This document shows positions 12,950 to 27,200 of a stretch of DNA of 64,000 nt, piece after piece. The translations under genes were made by a program, and so were the position numbers. Below the pieces are notes generated by a model. That model made no database searches. It saw only the letters and a list, made by a program, of their open reading frames with translations, and had not been told where the DNA came from. Every line of letters begins with the position of its first letter. Position 1 is the stretch's first letter. The DNA is from Cenococcum geophilum. Its lineage: Eukaryota. The stretch spans positions 14,322,001 through 14,386,000 of the forward strand of contig CP158635.1 in the NCBI GenBank assembly GCA_050273025.1, read 5' to 3'.

Positions 12950-15900
12950 AGAACTTAAAGCGGTAATATTATAGGGAAGCTAGAACCAAGTTAGAAATAT
13001 ACTTAGCACTTATAATTATATTTACGCTAGAGAATACGTTAAGTATGGGATATACAGCAATATAGAAGCGTTAGCGTTTAATATAATTACCACCTTTAAG
13101 TAGTATCCCATTTAGCTGTTTATAGAGAGGAGCTACTCAGCACTATTACAGAGCAAAAATTAAAATGGCAGGAGGAGTAAGACTAAAATCGGTAAGCTAA
13201 AAGAGGGCAACACTATTTATAGGTAACAGGAATAATTCCAACCTAGTGTCTTCTCGCTAGTCTAAAATACCAGAGCTCGTAAAGAAGCATTACTATAGCA
13301 AATTAAAAGCACCTTCGGCCAACGCCCCAAATAGGATCTCGCCGCACTTTATTAAGAGTAAAGTGGCTCTATAGGCTTGCTCCACAACAATATATACTAG
13401 TGCTACTTATATCATTGCCAGTCTTATCTCCAATCTATTATAAGGCAGAAGCCTTATAAGTCCACCTACTAGACACTAGTTAGCCTATACTAGGACGAGC
13501 TTATATTAATAGCCATCGCACCTAGTAGTAAGATTTAGCCCATAGGCTTTAACACTAAGCGCCCTTATAATAACTATAGTCCCTACCTAATATAGAAAAA
13601 AGCTAGCTATTACAATTAGTGACGCTATAAACTCTGGCTTATAGATGCTAAAGCTAGAAGTCCAACTTCTATATAAGTACTTTATATTGCAGGTATTACA
13701 GCTCTTATAGTATATTACTAATATTTAAATCCAATTACATCCTTATTAAATATATAAGTTACAGCTAGCCCATTTCCAACCCTAGATAGTATAACTTCTA
13801 CGCCAATAACGCTTTAAACTAGTGTTTAGAAACCGGTCCCCACTAGAATATCTACTAGTTTTGGTAACAATGCCACCCTAACTAACCCGCTATTAATCCC
13901 CACCTATATTCCCGAAAATAGCGATCAGTCTACGGCTAGTATTGCTAAGATTACTACTGTTAGCGAAAATAATACTATAATAGGCGAAACATCTAAAAAA
14001 GGCAATGCGGATGCTTATAGAAGTCAGCCATCTTCGCCGCTAACGTTAGTAGATACCCCCGAGCTATACGGGATTAAGAAGATAGTATAATTAGAAAATA
14101 ATCTAACAACTCTAGACAACGCCATAGACGTAAAGTCTACTAACAGCAGTAATAACAAAGATAATAGCGCTCCCCTCCTTAGTAAAGATAATGGCGCTAA
14201 AAACGACTTCGTAGATTATAAGAATAAAGGGGATGTTAGTAATCCTAATACTACGTTTTTTAAATATATATACGTGCATATATCTCCAATATATCCAATA
14301 TAGACGCTCTCTAAATTTAAAACTAATATTTATTTAGTTAAAATTCTGGCTTTAGCTAAGTAATAAGGAAAGAATGCGAGCATATTAACGAAAATCTATA
14401 GTTAAAGGTATACAGATGCCTCTGTTTTAGTCCTAACGCCGACCTTAACGCAAATAGCCTTCTATTACCACTATAGCCGGTTGCAAAATCCTTTAGGGAG
14501 AAAAAATATCAACTAATTACCGCCCATTATTAGATTATATTTAAAGAAAATAACGTTAATAGCGGTATACGCGCTAACTAGATAGGATTAGGCAAGACAG
14601 TAATTACAATTCTTGCCCATATACTAAACCGATTAATTATTTTTAACAAATAGGCCGTTTAGGATTCCTGAGTAAAAAAATATAAATTATATTTTACTTA
14701 TTCTAAAGGGAAAGCCAAAAGCGTGTAATGCTCCTTATAGGATAGATTACAAAGGTAGTATACCTATATTAGTAAGAATCCATATTCTAAATTTAAAGAG
14801 TTAATAGCCTAACGCTTCTTATAGCACTACCTAGACGTTTATTAGCCTAGGTAAATAATATAAAAGTAGGGCTTAGTTATTAATATATTAAGGATATACA
14901 TAAATCCGTAGATATAAATAGTAAAAGGGATATTTAGTTTTAGCTAATCTATAACAACTATAACAAAATACACTATAAGTTCCTCTCTAATATTCTTAAG
15001 TACCGTAAAAGCAATATTATTTTTAATACAGATACCCCCGACGTTAAATATTATACCCCACTCATCAGCTTATCTAGATTTTATTATTACCACAATATTA
15101 AAGTATTAAAAAAAATCTCTTAAGTCCCCTAAGTATATAAATAACACGGACTATAAAGCCCAAAAAGCCCCATTATATAGCACTATATACATCTTATCCA
15201 ATTCTATTAAGAAGCGCTTAACCTAAAGCTGGTAGTCGATTAGTAGGTCTACGAAAATTAGCTAACTAAATAATGCCCTCGTCTAGTAATATTCCAGTAC
15301 TCTAAGAGGCGCTATTTCTAGTAATCTCGGCGCCTTTCTAGGAACTCTATTAATAAGGCAAGGTAATAAATAGGAGAGTAAGCCTAGTTATAATCTGCCA
15401 CTTAGTCCCAATATCCACATACTACAGAGAAGTGTTAATAGGATAGTTAGGACAAAAGTAAAGCTAACTAAAGGTGCTAGGAAGAAAATGTAAGAGATTA
15501 TAAACGGCTTCTATAGTGTTGTCCCCTAGTTTATTATTAAATATTTAATAAAGACGAAGTAGTTTATTAAGGAACTGCTTATTTAGATTAAAACGACGCG
15601 AACTAACCAGAACTCCCATACTACCTATAATCCCTCCGCTACAAAGCAGATAAATGAGGCCACTTATAACCTTAAAGCGGAGTTCAAGCCATTATATAGT
15701 AAGAAATTAGTCGGCTGGATACATAAAGTATTAAAACCATAATACGAAACTATAGAATAATATTAGCTTAGTGCGGCATTATAGAAAGCCTTTATATCTA
15801 TACCAGTTTTCTAGGATAGCATAATTAAAAGGATAAGGGTTAAGGTTTTAATATACCTATTACACCTATATACTTATTAAGACAAGAATAAATAAAATTA

Positions 15901-16560
15901 TACCCTTAGCCGTTGCAAAAACCTTAACAATTTAATCCTTTATAGTAAGTCAGACTCTTCTATATAGATAAGCCTAAGTGTAAATACCTTAAAGACTATT
16001 CTTACTAAACTTTAGCCTACTCACAAATATAATCTATAGAAGTTAATTATATTTACCATATTCCCTATATTCGCATTTATAATACGCCTAGTATATTATA
16101 TTTACAATAAGCGCAATATTCTTACACCCCACTTATTATTTAATCTCTTAGATATAAATATGGCGAGAACACCTACCGTCTTATAGCTAGCTAGATCTAG
16201 GTTAAGAGGGATAAAGTTATTATTAACGACTTTAACACCAAGGCCTACCGAGGCCTCTTACTTCTACCAGCCAGGATCCGCATAGTAACTCTTAGCAAGT
16301 TTTATTCTGCCGGTATAAAATCAGTGACTTAGAGCTTATTTTTAGTATTATAAATCTAGACTTTAGAGCCGTAAATCAATTGATTGGCATAGAGCCGTTA
16401 CATTATAGTAAAGCTATATCTAGGCAATCTACATCGTAATCCTTAGCATAGTATTACACGTAAAAATGTTTAATTATAAGAATTAGGAAGGGGTTATATT
16501 TTAATTAAATTTATAAAATTACAACTAAAAGTCCTCACGGCGTAGTAGTACGGTAAGTGA
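12950..16560 (+). pseudogene. SNF2-family helicase-like cargo gene, copy 1, RIP-decayed
   Basis: NGGIRADxMGLGKT (~14560-14600, SNF2 motif I); KLIIFT (~16040); LDFRAVNQLIGMEP (~16356) helicase-C region. Confidence 0.75.
16272..16355 (+). repeat. Short dispersed repeat inserted in SNF2 copy 1
   Basis: CAGGATCCGCAYAGTAAC...CCGGTATAAAA...AGCTTATTTTT also occurs at 37293-37410. Confidence 0.7.
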
Positions 16561-16949
16561 TATAATTGCTATAATTTAAAGCTAGCCTAATAAGATTAAA
16601 AACAGTTATCTCTAATATATATATATATATATATATACCAAGAAGCGTAACTTATAAAATTAGGCCTTAAGACTACCAAAACCCGCATATTAGCACTTCT
16701 TGTAATATTGTAAATATTAATATGCTACGTCGCATATTATATATATAATATCTAAAATCTCGCCTACCGCCGGAGTTATAGTTTTTGCGACCCCATATAT
16801 ACCTCCAAACCCACGCAATAGTGTTTTTATTAAGTTCATTTTATTTCCAATAGCTTATCGCACCACTTACGTAACTTTAATTATTTCCACGTTATACGCC
16901 ACCTACTTAAGATCCTCTAAATAGCCAAGATAGCAAACGTATAGAGTAA

Positions 16950-17915
16950 AAGCCCTATCCCATCTTAATTTTAGGCATTTACCGTTATAATTACCTTAAA
17001 AGCTCCTTATTAACCCCCATTAGATTTTTATTAAACCGCCATTCTACAGCTTACCCTTCGGCTTCTTAATCGCTCGGCCAGCCTCTCTATAATAATTATT
17101 GGCTATTAAACCGGCGTAGTTACCAACGTCACTTACGACTTTAAAGAGCTGTCTATATTTATTATTTAGACGGATAAAGTTTTTTAAATACCATTAAGTC
17201 TTTAGTTTATAGCGTCCAGTTCGGCTGTCTTAAACTCTTTTAAGTCCTTAAACTTAGTATTAAGCTAGTTATATTTATATTTTAGCATAACTAATTCTAA
17301 CGGCGCTTTCTTAATCTATTTAATTTCTGCTTTTAACTTGTCGCGCTCCTTTATAAGATAGTTCTACTTTATTACTTAGGTATCCCAAATTAAATTAATA
17401 ATAAATATATTTTAAGCCTTTTTAGCTTTTTAAAGTTCCTTAATATTAGTCTTCAAACTCTTAATATTCTAGCAATTAATAGCTAACGTAGTTTATAAAG
17501 CATCCCACTCCTCCTTTATACAACTAATTGTCTAACTTATAATATTAAAGAGGTCCCCCTTTTATGGTTTTCTAGTTTCCATAACAGCTATCTCCGCAGC
17601 ACTATTTTTATTTAACTTAGTTCTCTCTAGACTATATATAGCGGCATTTCTAGCAGCCGGCAGGATAGAATAGGTTAGCGAAGGCTTTTTAAGAAGTAGC
17701 TAAACTGTCTTTATAGCTTTAGCTACCTTACCATTCTTCTCTTACTCAATTAGAAACCCTCCAATCTCCTTTTAGCAACTATCCGCCGCCTTCTTCTTTC
17801 GCGGCTTTAGAGCTAGCTTCGTAGTTCCATCTCCGTTCTTTAGTAACGCCTTTTTAATATAGGGACGCTTAGTGCGCTTGGCTAGGGTGGCTGCATACTT
17901 AGGTTTTTCATTCAT
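16950..17915 (-). pseudogene. Lys/Glu-rich coiled-coil cargo gene, RIP-decayed
   Basis: Minus-strand frame MNEKPKYAATLAKRTKRP...KPRKKKAA...; charged, heptad-like content with RIP-type stops; preceded by a GTAAGT...AG intron. Confidence 0.5.
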
Positions 17916-18069
17916 CTATAATAACTAATTAGCGTAAGATATCTATAACTTACCAACATACGTACTATTACAACGTTCACTTAAAATAGATTAAGGGCTA
18001 GTATAGTTAAGGTGAGAGGAAATTTATTCTAATATAGAGAGTAGGTAATAGATAGATAGATAGATGGAT

Positions 18070-18850
18070 AGATATATAGTTTACAATATCACAAATATCT
18101 ATATACTAATTCGCATACTTAGGGCATGCCATATATACAATAGTCGCAATATCGCCTCCTCACAACCTCAGTTCCTACCTCTTAATAGTACTACCTAGCT
18201 CTAGGGCATAGCACTAGACCTATACGTTAGTACGGTTTACAATATCGTAAATATTAGCGTGCTGTATCGCATACCCAAGGCATGCCATATATACAATAGT
18301 CGCAATATTACCTCCTCGCAACCTTAGTTCCTACCTCTTAACAGCACTACCTAAGTTCTAGTTCCTCTAATCCCTAACCTAAGACATACCACTAGACCAT
18401 TATATTAATATATTTTGTAATATTATAAATATTAACATACTATATCGCACACTTAAGGCATCTTATATCTATAATAATTACAAGCTTAACTTATTACCTT
18501 CTTATATCCTAGCTGCACCTAGCACTAACGGGTTTTACTTCCCTAGAATCCCTAATCCAGAGTATATCACTAGATTATTTTCATTTAATCTGTTATACCT
18601 AGCTTAATATTGCCAATATTACGCGCAATAACCATTTATTTTATTTTAGTTTAATTCTTAAATTAATTTACCTCACTAATACAATCTCGGTTATCGGTTA
18701 TTCACCTATATAGTTAGCAGACCTTATATCTTCTATCATAAGTCTACTATCTTACCTTTTTCATCCTAGTACAGACATCTTCTTACGCTGGATATTATTA
18801 AGAGGAGGCTCTTTACAATGACTTTTTAGGAAAGCGAGCTTAATAAGTTA
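18070..18850 (-). pseudogene. Putative Cys-rich repeat protein, copy 2 (same exon+intron units)
   Basis: Units at ~18080, 18236 and 18414 are homologous to 11823-12357, with the same GTATGC donor and YCDYCIYGMPW exon end. Confidence 0.55.
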
Positions 18851-18999
18851 AACTACGCAGGCCATTAAAGCCAAGCTAGTCTATCCTTTTGCTATTTATA
18901 CTAACCCGCTATTATAGGTCCCAAATTATAGCCCATTATTAATAATAAACCCTTATACCTACATCCCGTCTAGTACGCCTTAGCTACTATCCAGCCATT

Positions 19000-21900
19000 A
19001 AACGTAATAGTCTGTCAAGGTTTAGCAATTAACGCGCTTAGGCTACTTACGGCTAAGGCCTAACTTTAAAAGATACTTAAGGAATATAAATATTTTAAGG
19101 CCAAATAATACCGCTAGACCGAGATCCGTAGTAATATAAAAGTAATTATACTTGCTAAGATTAACGCCTTTAAGCAGTATCCTAGTTAAATATTTACGGG
19201 GAGGAGCTACTTAGCACTTATTACAAGGATAAAGTTAAATAAATTAAGAGTAAAATCGGAACCACTAAGTTAAAAGAGGCTAACTCTATTAATAGACACA
19301 GAAGATAACTCCAACTTAATTCCTTTATACTTAAATAAAATCCAAAAAGGTCATAAGAGGCATTATTAAGCAAAACCAAAAATACCTAAAGCCAACCCTT
19401 ATGCCGGGATCTTACCACACTATATTAAGAGTAAAGTAACCCTATCGGCGTATACCATATATATATCTCGCAGTTCCAATACTACCGTTATTTAGTTTCG
19501 TCTCTAAGCTATTATAAAAGATAAATTTCATAGGTCTACCAATTAGACGCTAGATAGTTTATCTTAAAATAAGCTTATATTAAAAGCCACTGCATCTAGT
19601 AGCGCGTTTTATCCCGTCGACTTTAATACTAAGTATTTATAGGATAGCTTCGGCCCTATCAGGAATAAAGAAGAGTTAGCTACTACAATTAGCGATGCTA
19701 TAAACTCTAGCTTATAGATGCTAAAGCTAGAGGTCCAACCTCTACGTAAGTGCTTTATATTATAAGTATTGCGGCTCTTATAGTATATTACTAATATTAA
19801 AATCTAGCTACATCCCAATTAAATAGATAGACTATATTAGACCTATTTCTAAACCTAAACAGCGTAACTTCCACGTTAATAATGCCTTAGACCAATATTC
19901 GGAAACCAGCCATTACTAGAAAATCCGCTAGTTCTAATAATAACGCTACCCTAACCAACTTGCTATTAATCTATACCAGTATTCCTAATAATAGCAACCA
20001 TTCTATACCTAGTGTTGCTAAGACCACTACTATTAGCGGAAAGGATACTATAATAGGCGGAACCTCTAAAAAGGGCGATGCGGATACTTCTAATAGTTAA
20101 CCACCTCCACCACTAGCGTCAGCGGATACTACAGAACACTATAAAATTAAGAAGATTGTATAGGTCGAAAAAAACGGAATAAATGTAATAAACGCAATAG
20201 AGGTGTTATCTAATAACAGCAGTAATAATAAAGGTAATAACAATCCCCTCCCTAATATAGGTAATAAGGCCAAAAACGACTTTAAGGATTATATGGACGA
20301 CAAGGAAGGAAATAATCTTAATGCTATATTCTTTAGACGCATATATATACATATATCTCCAATATATCCAATATAGATGTTCCCTTAATAGAAAACTATT
20401 TTTTTTTTAGTTTAAATTCTGGTTTTAACTAGGCGATAAAGAAGGAATATAAACATATTAACGAAACTCTATAGTTAGAGGCATGTAGATGCCTCCGTCT
20501 TAATCCTAACGCTAACCTTAACGCAGATAGCCTTCTATTACCGCTATAGCCAGTTATAAAATCCTTTAGAGCGAAAAAATATTAACTAATTACCGCCTAT
20601 TACTAAACCATAAACGAAAAATATAACGTTAATGGCGGAGTATACGCGGACTAGATAGGCTTAGGCAAGATAGTTACTATAATTCTTATCCATCTATTAA
20701 ACAGATTAATTATTATTAATTAATAGGCTATTTAGGATTCCTAAGCAAAAAAAGATAGTTTATATCTTACTTATTCTACTAGGGAAGCCAAGAATACGCA
20801 ATGCCCCTTATAGGGTAGCCTACTAATTTAGTGCATATATATTAACGAGAATCCATACTCCGTATTTAAAAGACTTAATAGCCTAACGCTTATAATAGCA
20901 CCACCTAAAGCTCTATTGGCATGGAAAAAGAATATTAAGTTAGTGCTTAGCAAAAATTACTTAGCTATAATATATGAGAATATAGGCAAGAATAAGGGCA
21001 CCGCGGATATTTAGTTTTAAATTATATATGGCAACTACACAGGAACGGCCTAAAAGTGCCGGAAAAATAACCCTAAATTCCTTCTTAGCTATAAAAAGCC
21101 TAATTTGGATAACCCGAACAATATATTATATAATTCTCCCACTAACTCGTCCCGCTTTATTATCGCTACAACTATTAAATATTGGAAATAATAATTCCTA
21201 TACTCTCTAGGCGAGTTTCTGCCTAGGACACGCTATTAATTAAACGCAGTAGTATGGCTCCATATATTTCTTAATAAGTTTTATACCACTAAGAATAGCT
21301 AAACTTAGTTATAAACTATAACCAGAGAGCTCGCGATTTAGGCTTTACTAAATAATATCTATCTCTAGGGATATTCGGGCACCCTAGTAGGCACTAGCCC
21401 TAGTAATCTCGCTATATTTCTATAAACCTTAGTAATAGGGCGGGAGGAAGAATGGGCAGAAAAGCCTAATTATAAACTGTTACTCGGTCCTAATATCTAT
21501 ACACTATAGGCAAAAATAAATAAGATAGTTTAAATAAAAGCTAAGCTATTAAAGGAGGCTAAGAAAGAAATGGGGGCCATTATTAACGGTTTTTATAACG
21601 TTATTTCGCAATTTATAATCAGGCGCTCTATAAATATATAATAGTTTAACAACAAACCATTAATTAAAATTAACGCACGAAGAGTAGACTAGAATATTTG
21701 CGTTAAGTATACACCTAAGGTCTTAAATTAATTAAATAGGGCTATAAATAAACTAAAGAAAGAGATTAATGCAGTATATAAGAAGAAATTAGTTAAGTAA
21801 AAGCGGAAAGGATTAAACGCTAATTAAAAACCTATAAAACTACACTGGTCTAGCTCTGCATTTGCCTATAAGCTTTAAATCTTTATAAACTTCCTAGAGC

Positions 21901-22014
21901 TATAACTCTAGAAAAATAAAGGCGAAGACTTTAATATGCCTTTCACTAGCTTATTTTTAGAAGGTAATAAAAAAAAGGGCTATACGCTTAACCATTATAA
22001 GAACCCCAATTAGT
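19000..22014 (+). pseudogene. SNF2-family helicase-like cargo gene, copy 2, 5' part
   Basis: NGGVYADxMGLGK (~20630-20670); highly similar to copy 1 over ~19680-20800; interrupted by the LINE. Confidence 0.75.
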
Positions 22015-22696
22015 AAAACCTTCACCGCACATGCAACCTTACCAAAAGGTGGCGCCGCACTTCCAAACTTACGCATACCCATCTTACCATCAAAAACTAT
22101 CGTTTTCCTAACTCCTAAGACCTAATTCTGCCTACCTAGCGAGCTAGAGGTAGACTTGTTCCCCTTATTACCCCCTTTATTCTGCGATAGAGGCCTTGGC
22201 AAAAGGGGTCCTAGCGTATAAGCGAAGCACGGACAAGAACACCAAAACTACTACTACTACTACTACCAATACCAAAACTATAAAATATAGACTTTTCCTA
22301 GGTTTTTCTTCTATAGAAAGTAAAAGCCTAATAAAATAGGGGGTGTAGGTACTTTTCTATATCTCTTTTAGTCAGACTTTCCTTAGTAAGAGGAGGATTG
22401 CCTTTAGGGCTTTTCTGCTAGCAAAAGCCTAATAAGTCCTTTTTTTTTAGTAGTTTTTTCTACTTCTAAAAGGAAAAGAAAATAACTACGCTAGTCTTTT
22501 TTAGCTAGTTTTTCTACTACCTTCTAGCCTAGTCTCCCTAGAAATCCTCTAGTAGGATTAGTAAGGAGAAAAGGTAAAAAAGGATAGTAAAAACTAGCAA
22601 GGCTTTTTGCCTAGTTTTTCACCTCTGGGACTAGGAGATAAGAGACCTAAGGAGGTTATTATCTACTGAAAAAACTAGGAAACCCCCCCCTATAAA

Positions 22697-24274
22697 ATGT
22701 CAAAGAATCCTCAGGCTACTAAGCCTAAAAAGCCTCCTAAAGACAACAATACAGAGACAAGGGATAACGAATTCACTTTCCCTTTTCCCTCTTACTCTAG
22801 CCTATTTGGGACAGGAGAACCTCAGGCTACTAAGCCTTCTAGAGGTAAAGACACTATAGAGACAAGCGAGGACGAACTCTTAGCTGCCTTACCTGCCTTA
22901 CCTACCTCACCTACCTCACCTACCTCACCTACCTTCTCTTCCTCTTCTCTCCCGCCTTCTCCCTGCCCATCTAGGGAGGACGTAGAGAAAGAGAATAGAA
23001 GGAAAAGAAGGCAATCTTCTTCTGAAAATAGAAAAGAGAACCAAAACCAAAGAAGAAGGCTACTAATACCTAAGCCTATTTCGGCTAGTATACCTTCCTC
23101 TACCTCTTCTCCAAAACAGCACCTACAAATGGCTCTATATAACCTAAACCAGGCCTATATAGGGCTAAAAGAAGAAGAAGAAGAAAAAGAGCAAGTTAAA
23201 TTACTAGGGGACTACGTACAGAGTGTCCTAGGAGGAGAAAATCCCTTTACAAAAGAAAAGGAAAGAAAAGAAAGAGATGTCCTAAAAGGACTAGTAGAAG
23301 AAGTAAGAGCTCTCCGTAAGGAGGTAGCCCCAAAAACGCAAACCTACGCAGAGAAGCTAAAGAAGGGCCTCTCTTCTTCTACTTTTGCTCATTCTTCTAC
23401 TACCTCTTCCTCTACTACCTCTCCCTCTCCCCCTCCCTCCTTATCTCCCCCTACTAGTTCTACTAGCTCTACCTCTACTAGAGGAAAAAAGAAGCAGTTA
23501 CAAGAAAGGAGACTAGTCCTAGTTACAGACTAAAAGGACCAGCCTCTAGATGTCTTCTCTCTACGAAATCAAGTTAATTAACTATTTAGATCTAAACTGC
23601 AAATAGAGAAGCCAGTAATAGCTACTATAGCTAGAACTAGAGAAAAGTAGAATATTCTCCTTATAACCACAGAAGAATACGATGTAGAGTATTTAGTTAA
23701 ATATAAGGAAATCTGGTCTAACTGCTTCTCTTTTAAAAGGGAACAAAAACTAGAGCCCTGGGCTCAGGTAGTAGCTCACGGCGTCCCTATCTCCCCTTTC
23801 CTAGGAGAAGGAGGCTCTAAACTTCTAAAAGAAGAAATAGAGACTTTTAATCCTATTAGAATACAGGGATTACCTAGATGGATCTCATCTAGGGAAAAGA
23901 GATATAATCCACAAACTAGGTTTGGCTCTATAGTCTTTGCTATAGAAAATGAGGAGAAAAGATAGGAAATCCTTAAGTAGAAGGAAATCCTAATTGCAGG
24001 GGTAGCTGCTAAGGTAGTTAAATACCTAAAAGTCTCTCCTACTACACAGTGTACAAGTTGCCAAAAATTTGGCTATATAGGAGATAGATGCTCTACCAAG
24101 GCCTGTCGATTTTGTGCAGCGGCACATTTATCTAAGGACCACTCCTGTTCTACTTGTAATATAATAGGAAGACCTTGCGAGCATACTACCCCTCTTTGCA
24201 GCAATTGTAAAGAAAATCACTTTGCTAATAGCAAAGATTGCGAGTCTCTTAAAGCAGCTAAGCTAGTATATTAA
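22697..24274 (+). pseudogene. LINE ORF1 (gag-like, CCHC knuckles) with premature stops
   Basis: ORF 22697-23533 continues in frame past RIP stops to QCTSCQKFG.IGDRC, CRFCAAAH...HSC and CSNCKENH knuckles; ends TAA 24272-24274. Confidence 0.85.
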
Positions 24275-27200
24275 TGAGTATAAGCTTAGAAGGTTCTATA
24301 CAGGAAGAAGAAGAGATCTCTCTAGTTTCTAAAACTAGGGGAGAAATCTCCTTTATACAACACAATGTAGGAAAAAGACAAGAAGTATAGCAAACCCTAC
24401 TAGAAATAGGATTTAGGAAAAAAACAGATATTATTCTAGTACAAGAGCCTAGTACCTGGAAAGATAGACAAAAAGAATCCTACTTTTCTATTCTATATCC
24501 TGCATTTAACCTAATCCTCCCTAGTAATCTAGCTATTCGACCTAGAGTAGCTATCTATATAAGGAAAACTGTTTCTAGTATTCTACAATATAGAAGTAGG
24601 GAGGATATCTGCAAAGATACAGATATTATAGTATTAGAAATCTATGGCCAACTTGAAAGATTTCTACTATTTAACATCTATAATGAGAGACAACTGGACG
24701 AAAACTCTAGAACCCAAAGAAGTAGTATAACTACTATCTCTAGGGCCATTCTAGAACTGGAAATAGATCTCCCTTTTGTACTAATAGGAGACTATAACCT
24801 ACACCATAAACGGTGGAACGCGCTAGCTAGGAACCCAACTAGGGAGGCTAAGGAACTAGTAGACTGGCTAGACAAATATAACTGCCAACTACTAAATTCA
24901 GACGAACAGGAAGGGACCTTCTATAGATCTAATATAAGGGAAAAGTCTATTATAGACCTAGCCTTCTACTCAGGAAACTTCCAAGAAAATACCTGGGATA
25001 ATTGGACTATAATAGAAGAAACAGGATCTGATCACAAGACTATAGCATTCTCTTTATTTACTAGAGAGACGCAAAGATACCTAAACCCTCTTCAAGAAAC
25101 TCCTTTCTCTATAAAAAAGGCAAACTGGGAGCTTTTCTCTACCTCTTTAAAAGAGCAAGTTCTAGAGCTAGAACTAGAAGCGAAACTTTTAGTACTAGAA
25201 GAACTAGTAGGAGAAAACCCCTATATAGAGATAGGAGAAAAAGGTCCCCTAGCCTCTCTAGAAGATTCCTATAGACCTAGGGATAGAAGCTTAAGTACAC
25301 TAGTAGATAATCTAGTAATAGATCTTACTAGAGGTATAAAGCTAGCAGCAGAGAAAGCTATCCCTAGATCTAGAACCTGCGAATTCTCTAAACCATGGTG
25401 GAATAAAGAGCTTCTAAAGAAAAGACAAAAAATGGCAAAACTAGGAAGACTTCAAGAAGAACAACCTACTAGAAGTTCTAGACTAGAAGCCTATAAAGAA
25501 GCCAAAAATCAATACTTCCACGCAATAAGAGAAGCCAAGACTAGCTGCTGGAATAGCTTCCTAGAAAAAGCACAAGGAAAGGAAGTCTTTACTGCCCTAA
25601 AATACACAAAGGAGAGAACATTGCGAATAATCCCTAGTCTACAGTATAGCAAAGACGGGAATACTAGACTAGTAGAAAGCTTCGAGGACCAGTGTAAAGC
25701 TTTTACAACTACTCTATTCCCTAAACCCCCCCCCTCTACTAGCCCTATAGAGTGGAAGGACTATACAATAGACAATAAATGGGAATGGCCAGAACTAGAG
25801 AAAATAGAAGTCAAACAAGCAATTTTCTCTAGCTCTAATAAAAAGGCTCCAGGACCAGATGGGATATCTTTTGCAATTCTACAAAAGGCCTACCCTACTA
25901 TAGAAGATCTTCTGTATAGAATCTATAGGATTTTGTTTATCCTAGGCTATCAGCCAAAGGTCTGGAGAGAAGCTCGAGGAGTTATTCTCCCTAAAGCAAA
26001 TAAGGAGGACTATTCCTTACCAAAGTCCTATAGACCTATCTCCTTACTAAACTGCCTAGGAAAGACTTTAGAAAAGATCTTTGCTACTAGATTAGGATAT
26101 CTAGCTAGTACTACTAGCTTACTTCAAGATTCTCAACTAGGAGGAAGAAGACAGCGGTCTGCAATAGACGCAGTCTTATTACTTCTAAATAATATCCAAT
26201 CTAAAAATAGTAGGAAAAAAGCTAGACAAAGGATAGCCACTACGTTATTCCTAGACGTAAGAGGGGCTTTTGACCATGTCTCTAAAAACCAGCTTTTATC
26301 TATCTGTAAGGAACTAGGACTACCTATAGCGTTTACACAATGGGTAGCTACTTTCCTTAGCAATAGAAAGCTACAGCTCTCCTTTAATGGGCAAATACAA
26401 GAAAAAGTAGAACTAGAAACAGGGATACCACAGGGATCGCCTATATCCCCTATTTTATTTCTACTATACATACGTAATATCTGCAGCATACAGACAGAAG
26501 GAGCCTACTCTCTTAGCTATATGGACGATTTTGCAATTACGGTTACCTCAAATTCAGCCAAGTCTAATTGTAAAAAGCTAGAGAGAATAGCGCTAGAGCT
26601 AATGTCTAGAGCTAAGGAAGCTGCTATTAGTTTCGACGTTAGCAAAACAGAGCTTATACACTTCCATAGTAAACGCACTACTATAGAAGAAGGGTTAAAG
26701 CTAGGAGACGTAGAAATATCCCCTAAACCCCTAGTTAGGTGGTTAGGGGTATTTCTAGACTCTAAGCTTACTTTTAAACAACATATAGAAATACAAATCT
26801 CTAAAGCAAAAACAGCCTTCTATTTAATTAGAAGACTAGGCAATATACAAAGAGGTCTATCTCTACAAGCCCTACGACAGCTCTATATAGCTTGCGTTAC
26901 CACTATAGCAGACTACGGTGTACAATGCTGGTGGAAAAGCAAATCTAGAGACTACCTACTAGATAGGTACCAATCTCTACAAAACGAGGCCCTAAAACTA
27001 GTTCTAGGAGCGTTTAAAGGATCTCCTAGCCAAGCTGTAGAGATCGAAGCCTCTATTCCTCCTCCTAGAATTAGATTTGAAAAGCTTTGCAATAACTACG
27101 CATTAAGAATCCTAAAATTCAAGGAAAACCACGTAATTAAGAAGGTCTATATAGAAGAGATCAACAAAGATAGGGACGAATTAGCAGCTAATTCTAGCTC

